64,000 nt of DNA, taken from the NCBI GenBank assembly GCA_025935925.1, contig JAICUI010000010.1, positions 6,307-70,306 of the forward strand, given 5' to 3'. The notes under the pieces were generated by a model. That model saw nothing but the letters and a program-made list of their open reading frames with translations. It did not search any database and had not been told where the DNA came from. Position numbers and translations under genes: made by a program. This DNA comes from Chloroflexota bacterium (lineage in GTDB: Bacteria; Chloroflexota; Limnocylindria; Limnocylindrales; CSP1-4). Every line of letters starts with the position of its first letter. Positions within the stretch are counted from its first letter, which is position 1. Below are positions 53,876 through 62,953 of the stretch, one piece after another.

Positions 53876-56074
53876 ATGCGTGTTGGTCTCGTTCGCCGGT
53901 TCCTGGCGTCGTCCGTTCCGCTCCTGCTCGCCGCGGCCTGGCTGCTCGCGAGCGCGGCACCGGCGGTGGCCGCCAACCCGCTGCCGTGGCGGTTCACGAC
54001 GGTCTCGGAGAACTTCAGCCTCGCGGCGACCTCGTCGGTCGGCAAGGTCCTGTATTGCCCGGACGGCTTCCGCCCGGTGTGGGGCGGCGTGTCCAGCAGC
54101 CTCCACGGCATCCAGCGGCAGCTCGAGTACATCGACGTGCCGACGAACTCGTACCACGTCGGGCTGCGCAGCCGGTACGGCGCCGGCGGCCCCACCGCCG
54201 CGATCCGGATCGCGGTGCAGTGCGTGTGGGCCGCGAGCCTCGGCGACATCCAGTACCGCACGAATACCTTCCTCCGCGACGGGTCCACGGGATTTGCCGG
54301 CGGCGAGGTCGATTGCCCTGCCGGCTACCGTGCGATCAGCGGTGGTGCCGACTGGACCTACTTCGGTGCCACGCGGACCATCGACTACAGCTCGCCCGTC
54401 CTCGACGGCAGCAGCAACGCGACGGGCTGGTTCGCGTCCGGGTCCAGCCCGACCGTCGGCGACGGACTGGTGGTCGAGGTCTACTGCATCGAGGCGAGCT
54501 ACCTCAGCGGGTTCGGCACGCAGTTCGTCGCCCAGTCGCAGACCGCCACCGCGTCTTTCACGGGCCAGGACCTCAGCGCGAACGCCAACTGCCCGACGGA
54601 CTACCGGATCCTGACCGCCGGGGCGCGGCCGCTCGCTGGGCCGTATCCGTTCCTCGATCGGGGCTGGGCGTTCGTCTCCGGGCCGACGACCACCCGGCAG
54701 TGGGCCGGGTCGGCGACGCTCATCGCGAACGACCGGTTGCTCACCGTCGCCGTCTGTGTCAAGGCCAGCAAGCCGACCGTGACCATCTCGCCCACGCCAC
54801 CGTCGGTGACGTCGTCGACGAGTGCGACGCTCGGCTACCTCGGAGTGGATCCGACGGGCGAGAACACCATCGCGAGCTGCCACATCGACGCGCAGTCCTC
54901 CTTCAGCTGCCTGCCCGGCAGCACGTACACCTTCAACAGCCTCTCGAACGGCCAGCACACGTTCTACGCGACCGTGACGAACGAGTCCGGCGCCTCGACG
55001 ACCGCGACCTACTCGTGGCTCGTCGACACGGTCGCTCCGACCGTCGGCGGCGTCATCGAGACCCCGTCGGCGGCCGTGACGAGCACGTTCACCGTGGGCT
55101 TCTCCGAGGATGTCGCGGGTGCCAGCGACGCCTCGATCGTCGTCCACGGGCAGACGACGAATGCCGACGCGGCGGGCTCGGTGACCATGACCGACGCACA
55201 CACGGCCGTGTGGCGGCCGAGCAAGCCGCTCGTGCCCGGCGAGACCTACCGCGTCTCGCTCGGCTCCGCGATCCACGACGCGGCGAACAACCCGCTGACC
55301 GCGACGTTTGCCGACGTGCGGGCGAGCACCGTCGTCGACGACAAGGCGGCGACGCTCGAGCGGCGCTGGGACCGGGATGGCTCCGCGAAGGCGAGCGGCG
55401 GGTCGTACATCGTCGACAAGCTCGCGGGCGGACGGGCTGACCTGACCTTCAGCGCGAAGGCCGGGCAGACCGTGTCGCTGTACGGCATCCGCGCGTCCGA
55501 CGGCGGGAACGCGGCGATCTACCTCGACGGCGCGAAGAAGGCGACGAAGTCGTTCTATGCGTCGGGGACGGGTCGGTTCCTCGTCTACAAGAGCGGCGGT
55601 CTGAGCGCCGGCAAGCACACGATCTCGGTCCGGCCGACGGGCACCAAGGCGAGCGCCTCGTCCGCGGCGTGGGTACGAGTCGACAGCACCCTCGTCGGCG
55701 CCACGATCAGCCAGGAGACGGCCTTCCGCCAGACCTTCCGGACCGTCACGTCGGCGAGCGCCTTCGACGGGACGTACGGCCAGATCGTCGGCAAGAACGC
55801 GACCGACACGACGCCGGCCCAGTACCGGCTCACGGCCGTCGGCACCGGGTTCAAGGTGTACGCGACGAAGACGTCGACCTCCGGCAAGGCGAGGATCTAT
55901 GTCGACAACGTCCTCAAGGCGACGGTCAACCTGCGTGCTGCGACCACGGTGTCGAGGGCGCTCGTGTATTCGACGACCGTCGGTGCCGGGATCCACAGCC
56001 TGCGCATCGAGGTCGTGGGCACGTCGTCCGGCGGTGGCTCCGCCGTCAACCTCGATCGCATCACCGTGAACTGA
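53876..56074 (+). CDS. Large secreted modular surface protein (Cys-containing repeats, Ig-like domains, two C-terminal beta-sandwich modules)
   Basis: Signal peptide ending AVA; three CPxG/D repeats; DTVAPTV, FSEDV, D.ANNPL Ig motifs; Thr/Ser-rich. Confidence 0.8.
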   Translation: MRVGLVRRFLASSVPLLLAAAWLLASAAPAVAANPLPWRFTTVSENFSLAATSSVGKVLYCPDGFRPVWGGVSSSLHGIQRQLEYIDVPTNSYHVGLRSRYGAGGPTAAIRIAVQCVWAASLGDIQYRTNTFLRDGSTGFAGGEVDCPAGYRAISGGADWTYFGATRTIDYSSPVLDGSSNATGWFASGSSPTVGDGLVVEVYCIEASYLSGFGTQFVAQSQTATASFTGQDLSANANCPTDYRILTAGARPLAGPYPFLDRGWAFVSGPTTTRQWAGSATLIANDRLLTVAVCVKASKPTVTISPTPPSVTSSTSATLGYLGVDPTGENTIASCHIDAQSSFSCLPGSTYTFNSLSNGQHTFYATVTNESGASTTATYSWLVDTVAPTVGGVIETPSAAVTSTFTVGFSEDVAGASDASIVVHGQTTNADAAGSVTMTDAHTAVWRPSKPLVPGETYRVSLGSAIHDAANNPLTATFADVRASTVVDDKAATLERRWDRDGSAKASGGSYIVDKLAGGRADLTFSAKAGQTVSLYGIRASDGGNAAIYLDGAKKATKSFYASGTGRFLVYKSGGLSAGKHTISVRPTGTKASASSAAWVRVDSTLVGATISQETAFRQTFRTVTSASAFDGTYGQIVGKNATDTTPAQYRLTAVGTGFKVYATKTSTSGKARIYVDNVLKATVNLRAATTVSRALVYSTTVGAGIHSLRIEVVGTSSGGGSAVNLDRITVN

Positions 56075-56183
56075 TCCCGAGCCGGCGGCGCTGGCCGGCG
56101 GGTGCCGAAGACGCAACGGCGTCGATGGCATCTGCCGGGTCGATCGATTGGACTGATGGAACGCGAGGGTGTTCGATCGGTGC

Positions 56184-57038
56184 ATGCCGACCGCGGATCC
56201 GGGACCGATCATGCTCGCGCTCCTCGGCGCGAGCATGATCGCGGGCGTCGTCGGCGCGCTGGCCGGCGTCGGCGGCGGCGTGGTGCTGGTACCGACGCTC
56301 ACGCTGCTGTTCGGCGTCGACATCCGGCTCGCGATCGGCGCCAGCATCATCAGCGTCATCGCAACGAGCTCGGGCGCGGCCGCCGCGTACGTTCGGGACC
56401 AGCTGACCGACCTGCGCATCGGCATGTTCCTCGAGCTCGCGACGACATCCGGGGCGATCGTCGGCGCCCTCCTCGCCGCGATCGTCGCCCCGACCCTCCT
56501 GTACGTCCTGCTCGGGGTCGTACTGCTGTTGTCGGCAGGCCAGCAGGTCCTGCGGCTCGGGGCGGACGTGGAGCCCGCGCGCGAACCTTCGCCGGCCGCG
56601 CGTCGGCTTCGGCTCGCGGGCAGCTACCCTGATCCGCAGCTCGGCCGGACCGTTTCCTACGCCGCCCGGCGCGTCCCCCTGGGCTTCGCGCTCATGGCCG
56701 CCGCCGGCGTGGTCTCGGGTCTTCTCGGGATCGGTTCTGGCGCGCTCAAGGTCGTCGCCATGGACGGCGCGATGCGGATCCCGCTGAAGGTCAGCTCGGC
56801 GACGAGCAACTTCATGATCGGGGTGACCGCAGCAGCGTCGGCGGGCATCTACCTGGCGCGCGGCGACATCGATCCCGTCATCGCGGCGCCCGTCGCGCTC
56901 GGCGTGCTCGCGGGCGCGGTCATCGGCGCGCGCATCATGCCTCGCATGGCGAGCGGTCACGTGCGCCTCGTGCTGCTACCGGTGCTGTTGCTCGTCGGGT
57001 TCGAGATGGTCGCGCGCGGCGTCGGCGGCCCGGTGTGA
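56184..57038 (+). CDS. Sulfite exporter TauE/SafE family protein
   Basis: GVGGGVVLVP, IATSSG, GLLGIGSGALKV, SATSNFMIGVT; start may instead be 56211. Confidence 0.9.
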   Translation: MPTADPGPIMLALLGASMIAGVVGALAGVGGGVVLVPTLTLLFGVDIRLAIGASIISVIATSSGAAAAYVRDQLTDLRIGMFLELATTSGAIVGALLAAIVAPTLLYVLLGVVLLLSAGQQVLRLGADVEPAREPSPAARRLRLAGSYPDPQLGRTVSYAARRVPLGFALMAAAGVVSGLLGIGSGALKVVAMDGAMRIPLKVSSATSNFMIGVTAAASAGIYLARGDIDPVIAAPVALGVLAGAVIGARIMPRMASGHVRLVLLPVLLLVGFEMVARGVGGPV

Positions 57039-57412
57039 GCGACGCGGGCCAGGCGCGGCCGGACCGCTTCCGCCGCGTCGTCAGCGCCGTGCTGCTGATC
57101 GGCGTGAGCACCAGCGCGATCCTGATCGCCGTCGGACTCGTGGGCTCGGCCCTCGTCGGCTGGAACGGCTCGCTGTCGGGTGCGCCGACCGTGGTGCGCT
57201 CTCCGACGGACTTCGGCGTCCTCCCTCGCGGCATCACGACGGTCCGGCCGGTGGCGCTCGTCCAGGTCGGGCTCGTCGTCCTCCTGCTGACGCCCGTGGC
57301 GCGAGTGTTTGCGTCGGTGGTGGCGTTCGCGCTGGAGCGCGACTGGCTCTACGTCGCGATCACGACGGCCGTGCTCGTGATGCTGCTGACAAGCCTCGCG
57401 CTGCTCCGCTGA
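57035..57412 (+). CDS. DUF1634 family membrane protein
   Basis: GL..LLLTPVARV..ERDWLY; GTGA-coupled to TauE, the usual partner. Confidence 0.85.
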   Translation: MSDAGQARPDRFRRVVSAVLLIGVSTSAILIAVGLVGSALVGWNGSLSGAPTVVRSPTDFGVLPRGITTVRPVALVQVGLVVLLLTPVARVFASVVAFALERDWLYVAITTAVLVMLLTSLALLR

Positions 57413-57438
57413 GGGATCGGCGGCCTCGACGTCCCGAG

Positions 57439-57702
57439 CTAGGGATCGAGGATCACGAGGTCGTCACGGCCTCCGTGCGTCGCATCGATGGTGGCGTGTC
57501 CGAGCCTCGGGACCAGGGCTGACTCGATGAGCACGGTCACGCCGCCCGCATCCACGCGCTCGTCGTCGAACACCGGCGTGTCGGTGAAGGTCAGCTCGAC
57601 CTTGCCGTGGGCGCTCCGCAATCGCGGCGAGCGCCGTGCCCCGCCCGACGAAGCGCCGGCCTGCGTCAGGTAGTCCACTGCTGAGCGCGTAAATCTCGTC
57701 AT
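57439..57702 (-). CDS. Small hypothetical protein, possibly a Cys-less HesB/IscA-like fold
   Basis: FTRSAVDYL..PRLR..DDERVDAGGVTVLIE..LGHATID pattern. Confidence 0.45.
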   Translation of the reverse strand: MTRFTRSAVDYLTQAGASSGGARRSPRLRSAHGKVELTFTDTPVFDDERVDAGGVTVLIESALVPRLGHATIDATHGGRDDLVILDP

Positions 57703-57756
57703 GCCGCCACCTGCTCGTGCCGGCCTCGAGCCGGCGTAGCCGCCTCCGGATATATG

Positions 57757-57781
57757 CCTTACGGCAACTAGTGCCATAAGG
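57757..57781. promoter_or_regulatory. Imperfect palindrome, candidate transcription-factor site
   Basis: CCTTACGGCA-actag-TGCCATAAGG (9/10 symmetric) in an AT-richer divergent intergenic region. Confidence 0.45.
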
Positions 57782-57963
57782 ATAGCAATCCCGATCGGCG
57801 CGAGCAAGGGGAGGGCTCGCAGCTCACACGAATGCAGCCGCAGGAACGCACGGTGCAGCGCGTCTGGATCCCCGACCGAACCCGGCGTCGCGCCGTCGAG
57901 CGCGGGAGGTCGTCGGTGATTCGACAGATGATTCACGTCCAGCGAGTTCCTACACTCCGCGTC

Positions 57964-60852
57964 ATGTCGCACGTCGGAGCGCTGCTGTCGCCGGTCATCG
58001 TCGGGCGTGACGAGTCCCTGTCGCTCGCCCGGCGACGCATCGCCGAGGTCCGCGGCGGCAAGGGCCAGCTCCTGCTCGTCTCCGGCGAGGCCGGGATCGG
58101 GAAGTCGCGGCTCCTCGCCGAGATCGGGCGTGCGGCGGCCGAGGATGGCTTCCGCGTCGCGAAGGGCGACGTCGCGCCCCAGGACCGCGATGTCCTCGCC
58201 GCGTCGTTCCTCGACATGGGCAGGGCCATGCGGCGCGATGCTGCGTTCGGAACGATCGGGCGGGACCTGCTCGAGGTGGCCGCGTCGCGCTTGAACGAGC
58301 GAACGCCGCGCCGCCGCGACTTCGTGATGGAGCTCGTCGATCTGTTCGCAAGCGGTGAACGGCCGACCGCGCTCGTCTTCGAGGACCTCCAGTGGGCGGA
58401 CGACCTGAGCCTGGAGGCGCTCGCGGAGCTCGCCCGCCAAAGCCGCGAGTCGCCGGTGCTGATCGTGGCCGCGTATCGCACGAGCGAGGCGCTGCAGGGA
58501 TCGGTCCTCCGCGAGTGGCGTTCGAGGCTGGTGACCCAGCGGATCGCCGAGGAGGTGCGCCTCCAGCGGCTGACCCGCGCGGAGACCGCCGACGTCGTCA
58601 CGGCCATCCTCGGCAACGGCCTGCCGGCGCCGCGTGACGTGGTGGATGCCATCTACGCGCGCACGGACGGCGTGCCGCTCCACATCGAGGAGCTGTGCAG
58701 CGCGCTCGGCCGCGAACGGCTCGCCGACAGCGCCGCCGTCCTCGAGGCGGCGGTGCCCGAGACCCTCGAGGACGCGACGCTGGCCCGCATGGCACGGCTC
58801 TCTCCCGACGCCCAGGCCGTCGCCCGCGCGGGCGCCGTCATCGGCCGGTCGTTCGTGCCGTCCGTGCTCGCCGGCGTGATGAACGTGCCCGCCGAGGAGC
58901 TCGACGCGCCGATTGAGGAGCTCGTGGACCACGACGTCCTCGACGCGGTCCAGGGCGGCACCCAGTTCGACTTCCGGCACCAGCTGCTCCGCGACGCGCT
59001 GTATCGGTCCGTGCCGGCAGGCGATCGGCGTCGGTTCCACGCGCGAGCGGCGGAGTTCGGCGGCCAGCTCGAGGGGGCGTCGAGCACGCATGCATCGGTG
59101 CATTTCGAGCGCGCGGGGATGACCGCGGAGGCGTTCCGGACCGCGCTCGCCGCCGGGGAGCACGCGATGCGGCTCGCGTCGCACCGGGAGGCGTTCGTCC
59201 TGCTGCGGCGCGCCGTCGACAACATGCCCGCCTCGCTCCCGGACGCCGAGCGTGCCCGCATCCTGCTCCTCTTCGCCGACGCCCACGGGAACATCGATTC
59301 CAATGCCAGCTCGGCCGAGCTCTCGATGCGCGCCGGCGAGCTCGCACGCCGCGCCGGGAACGAGCAGGTGGCCCTCGAGGCATCGTTCAACCTCCTCGAG
59401 TGCGCCCGCCGTGAAGGCGTCGGCATCACGTTCCGCCGCGATCGCGCGCGCAGCTTCCTCAACGAGATCGAGGCCACGCCGCCGGGCGAGGCGCGGGACT
59501 TCTTCCGACCCTACGGGCTGTATCACCTCGCCTACACGGAGTTGGACGCGAGCCGGTTCGACGATGCTCGCGCGCTGTTGGCGGAAGCAGCTGAACAGGG
59601 AACCGACCCGACCGGGGCGCCGCCTCCATGGGTGGTCAACGCGGGCGCGAAGCTCGATGTGCTCGGCGGCCGCACCGCGGAGGGCCTAGCGAGGATTCGC
59701 GCAACCGCGGACGCACGGCGCTCGGCCGGCGACGAAGACACCAGCATCAGCCTGTATCGAGACGTCGCGCTGCTCGCGATCCGCGCCATGGACTACCGGG
59801 AGGCGCGGCGCGCCATCGTGGAGGGTCTCCGCTACGCGGAATCCGTCGAACAGACCTCGTGCGGCCACAGCCTCGGCTCGTGCGACGCCCTCGTCGCGTG
59901 GTCCGAAGGCCGCTGGGACGACGCGCTGCGGCTCGGCGGCCACGCGCTGAGTGATGGCGGTGCGGCCGCGTCGCGGAACATGGCGCAGTGGGCGCTCGGG
60001 TACGTCGAGGCCGGACGAGGGCGTCGAGGCGAGGCCGAGGAGCACCTGCTGTCCGCGCTCGAATACGGCACCCGGTCGGAGCGCCCGGATCTGATCCTGC
60101 CGGCGCTGTGGGGCCTCGCCGAGGCAGCGCTGCACGCCGGGGATCCGGCGCCGGCGGCGGCGCGCTGCGACGAGGCGCTCACAGCCGGGCAGGAATGTGG
60201 CGACGCGATGCTGCTGGCGCCCTTCGCGGTGACCGCCGTGCGAGCCCATCAGGCGGCCGGCGCGCCGGCGGCCGCGGACCGCTACCTCGACGAGGTTGTC
60301 CGCCTCAGCAAGCCCATCGCCGAGGTCGTCGGACCGGCGATCCAGCATGCAACGGCCCTGGTCCGGCTCTCGGAAGGCTCGACGGTGGCCGCGCGGGGCG
60401 CGCTCGAGGGCGCCATCCTGGGCTGGGAGGCGCGAGGGCGCCGCTGGGAGGCGCTGTGGGCGCGGCTGGACCTCGCAACGGCCCACCTTCGATCGTCGCG
60501 CTTCGCGGACGCGATGACCCTCGTGCAGGAGGTGAGGGCGGCGGCGGAGCCGATCGGCGCTGCGCCGCTCCTCGCCCGCGCGGACCAGCTCGCCCGCTCG
60601 GCGAAGGGTCGTGGCACCGAGCAGGAGCCGTGGCACCCGCTGACGACCCGCGAGTTCGAGGTGGCACGCAAGGTTGCGGAGGGGTTGACGAACGCGGCGC
60701 TTGCCGAGGAGCTGTCGATCTCACCCAGGACGGCGAGCTCGCACGTCGAGCACATCCTGGCCAAGCTCGGCGTGTCGCGCCGGGCGGAGATCGCGGCGTG
60801 GGCGACCTCGGTCGCGCCAGGCAAGAGCGCCGGCGGGCCACGTCGGAGCTGA
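57964..60852 (+). CDS. Large ATP-binding LuxR-family regulator (AAA ATPase + TPR-like + HTH)
   Basis: IVGRD, GEAGIGKSRL, EDLQWAD, TDGVPL, FRHQL, C-terminal LTTRE..GLTN..LAKLGV. Confidence 0.92.
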   Translation: MSHVGALLSPVIVGRDESLSLARRRIAEVRGGKGQLLLVSGEAGIGKSRLLAEIGRAAAEDGFRVAKGDVAPQDRDVLAASFLDMGRAMRRDAAFGTIGRDLLEVAASRLNERTPRRRDFVMELVDLFASGERPTALVFEDLQWADDLSLEALAELARQSRESPVLIVAAYRTSEALQGSVLREWRSRLVTQRIAEEVRLQRLTRAETADVVTAILGNGLPAPRDVVDAIYARTDGVPLHIEELCSALGRERLADSAAVLEAAVPETLEDATLARMARLSPDAQAVARAGAVIGRSFVPSVLAGVMNVPAEELDAPIEELVDHDVLDAVQGGTQFDFRHQLLRDALYRSVPAGDRRRFHARAAEFGGQLEGASSTHASVHFERAGMTAEAFRTALAAGEHAMRLASHREAFVLLRRAVDNMPASLPDAERARILLLFADAHGNIDSNASSAELSMRAGELARRAGNEQVALEASFNLLECARREGVGITFRRDRARSFLNEIEATPPGEARDFFRPYGLYHLAYTELDASRFDDARALLAEAAEQGTDPTGAPPPWVVNAGAKLDVLGGRTAEGLARIRATADARRSAGDEDTSISLYRDVALLAIRAMDYREARRAIVEGLRYAESVEQTSCGHSLGSCDALVAWSEGRWDDALRLGGHALSDGGAAASRNMAQWALGYVEAGRGRRGEAEEHLLSALEYGTRSERPDLILPALWGLAEAALHAGDPAPAAARCDEALTAGQECGDAMLLAPFAVTAVRAHQAAGAPAAADRYLDEVVRLSKPIAEVVGPAIQHATALVRLSEGSTVAARGALEGAILGWEARGRRWEALWARLDLATAHLRSSRFADAMTLVQEVRAAAEPIGAAPLLARADQLARSAKGRGTEQEPWHPLTTREFEVARKVAEGLTNAALAEELSISPRTASSHVEHILAKLGVSRRAEIAAWATSVAPGKSAGGPRRS

Positions 60853-60891
60853 CGCTCGCCGACGCGAAGGCCGGTCCGGCCGGGCCGGCGC

Positions 60892-61326
60892 TCAGCGGTA
60901 GCGGTCGAATGCCTCCGCGATCCTCTCGAGCTGGCGAAGGACCGTCGGTGACACGGGCAACCGGTCCGTCGTCTCGGCGATCCGATCGCGGCGATAGGAC
61001 AGGATCGCCGTCCGCGTCGCTGCGCCGTGCGCCGTCAGGCGGGACCGCACCGCCCGTCGGTCCAGCTCGTCGGGCGCGATCGACACCAGGCCCCGCCGCT
61101 CGAGGCGGCGCAATTGGCGGCTCGTCGCCGGAAGGGTCACGCCGACCCTTGCGGCGACCTCGCTGACCGTCGCGCCATCGGGCTCATCGCCGAGCACGAG
61201 CAGCACGCGCCACTGGGGGAAGGTCACGTCCAGGCCAGGGCTCGCCTCGGCGAGCGCGCGCGTCGTCAGACCCACGCCCGCCACGACGAGTCGTTCGACA
61301 ACCTCGGCCAGATCGCCTTGATGCAT
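60892..61326 (-). CDS. MarR family transcriptional regulator
   Basis: TFPQWRVL, TSRQLRRLERRGLV, DRR..LTAHG. Confidence 0.88.
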   Translation of the reverse strand: MHQGDLAEVVERLVVAGVGLTTRALAEASPGLDVTFPQWRVLLVLGDEPDGATVSEVAARVGVTLPATSRQLRRLERRGLVSIAPDELDRRAVRSRLTAHGAATRTAILSYRRDRIAETTDRLPVSPTVLRQLERIAEAFDRYR

Positions 61327-61419
61327 GTCCGGAGTCTGCCGGGTTTCCCACACGCGCGCCCGATCGTCACCCCTCGGCGTGGCGCGACGAAAGACGACCC
61401 CACATCTCGGCCGTTCGGT

Positions 61420-62856
61420 TCATCGCTCCACTCGAGCACCGGAAACCGGCTCGGAAACGCCATCGCCCGAGCGAGCGGCCCTCGGCCAGCGGACCTCGGA
61501 GACGGCTGCACCAGCCAGCGTGGAGGCTGCGGCAACCTCGCGGTCGACGACGATGCCACCAGCGGGCAGCGTCCGAAGATGCCTCACGTTCCCGCTCAGA
61601 GCCGATCGGTATGCCGCGATGGCATCACGGACAGAGAGGCCCCGTCAGGCGCCCCTGCGAGACGACCGGCGCCCAATCCCGACGATGGTCGGCCAGGGCT
61701 CCCAGGGCGTCATCGAGCGCGTCCTCGGTCGTCAGCAGCGGCTCACGCGAAGTGAGATGCGCTCCCACCGGATCCTGTCCATCTGCTGCTGCCAGCGCGT
61801 CGAGGTCGACCAGCCCCGATGGCCTCGCATTCCCAGCGAGCACCGGGGCGCCGGGACCCCGGCCGAGGCCAGCCGCCCTTTGGCGCTCTCGACGAGATCG
61901 TCGTGGCGGAGGACCAGCCGCGCGCGGCGGGCCGCGTCGCCGACGGGGACCGCGGCGAGCAGCGGCATGGCAAACCGGAACCGGTGCGCGGGCGAGTCGG
62001 CTCGGGTCGCCAGCTGGCTTCGGTAGATCGTCCGGCCGCCGACGACGAACATCGCCAGGCCGACGGCGACCATGGCCGGCGCGAGCATCGACAGGTTGCC
62101 GGTCATCTCGGCCACCATCAGCATGACGGCGAGCGGCGCATGGGCGACGCTGCCGAACAGCGCCATCATCGCGACGATCACGAACGGGGCCGGGTCGACG
62201 GGGATCGCAGGTGCGATCGGCTCCAGCAACCGCCAGATGCCGGCGCCGAGCAGACCACCCACGACCATCCCCGGGCCGAAGATGCCACCGGAACCCCTGA
62301 GCCGATTGAGAGGGAGGTCGCGAGGATCTTCGCGAACGGGAGCGCCAGGACGACCCACAGCGGCACGGCGAGCAGCGTCTGGCGGTCCAGTCCGGCCTGG
62401 ACGTGGCCGTAGCCAGTTCCGAGCACGCCCGGCAGGGCGAGACCGATGAGGCCGACCAAGAGGCCCGCGATGGCCGGCTTGAGCGCGGGATCGACCACCG
62501 TGGGTGATGGTGGAACGCCGCGATCGGGGCGTCCGTCCCGTGCCCCTCTGCCTCGGGCGCGAAGCGGAAGACGATCAGTCCGGAGAGCAGGCCGCCGAGC
62601 GCGACGGCGAGCGGGATCGCCCACGGCCGGGCGGCCTCGGTGATCGGCGCCCCGCCCTCGCCCGCGGGCGTCGGCGGACATACCCCGCAATGACACCCAG
62701 CAGGAGCCGCGTCGCGACCTCGAGCGCGGTGTATAAGACGATGGCGCCGAGGCCGCCGACCACGCCGATCATCGCGCCGAGGAGGACCCACTTCCGCAGG
62801 TAGTTCGCCGCCCGGATCCGCCGCCGAAGGTCATGCAGCGCCGCGGAGAGGATCAC
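61420..62856 (-). pseudogene. Decayed ClC chloride channel/antiporter with CBS pair and truncated C-terminal domain
   Basis: Consecutive fragments in different frames: KWVLLGAMIG / APEAEGHGTDA / GTGYG..KILATSLSIGSG / GSGGIFGP..HAPL..EMTG / CBS; the GREGP-containing middle is absent. Confidence 0.85.
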
Positions 62857-62953
62857 GCTTGCAGGATACCCGATACTTGCCAGGTGGCTAGCGATGCTCG
62901 GAGAGATCGCCGGCCACCGGCGCGGTCCGCGCCACGACGAAGAGGAGCGCCGC

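Noticed and set aside
691-60636. Many very long alternative-frame ORFs (e.g. 691-4194 -, 11946-14546 +, 35113-38019 +, 49089-52004 +, 53828-56425 -)
   Set aside because: They are Arg/Pro/Gly-rich shadow frames expected from stop-codon scarcity at very high GC, and each overlaps a gene with clear family motifs.
57964-60852. Avs/NLR-like anti-phage STAND ATPase
   Set aside because: It ends in a LuxR HTH and has no nuclease, TIR or protease effector domain; it fits an ordinary LAL/MalT-like regulator.
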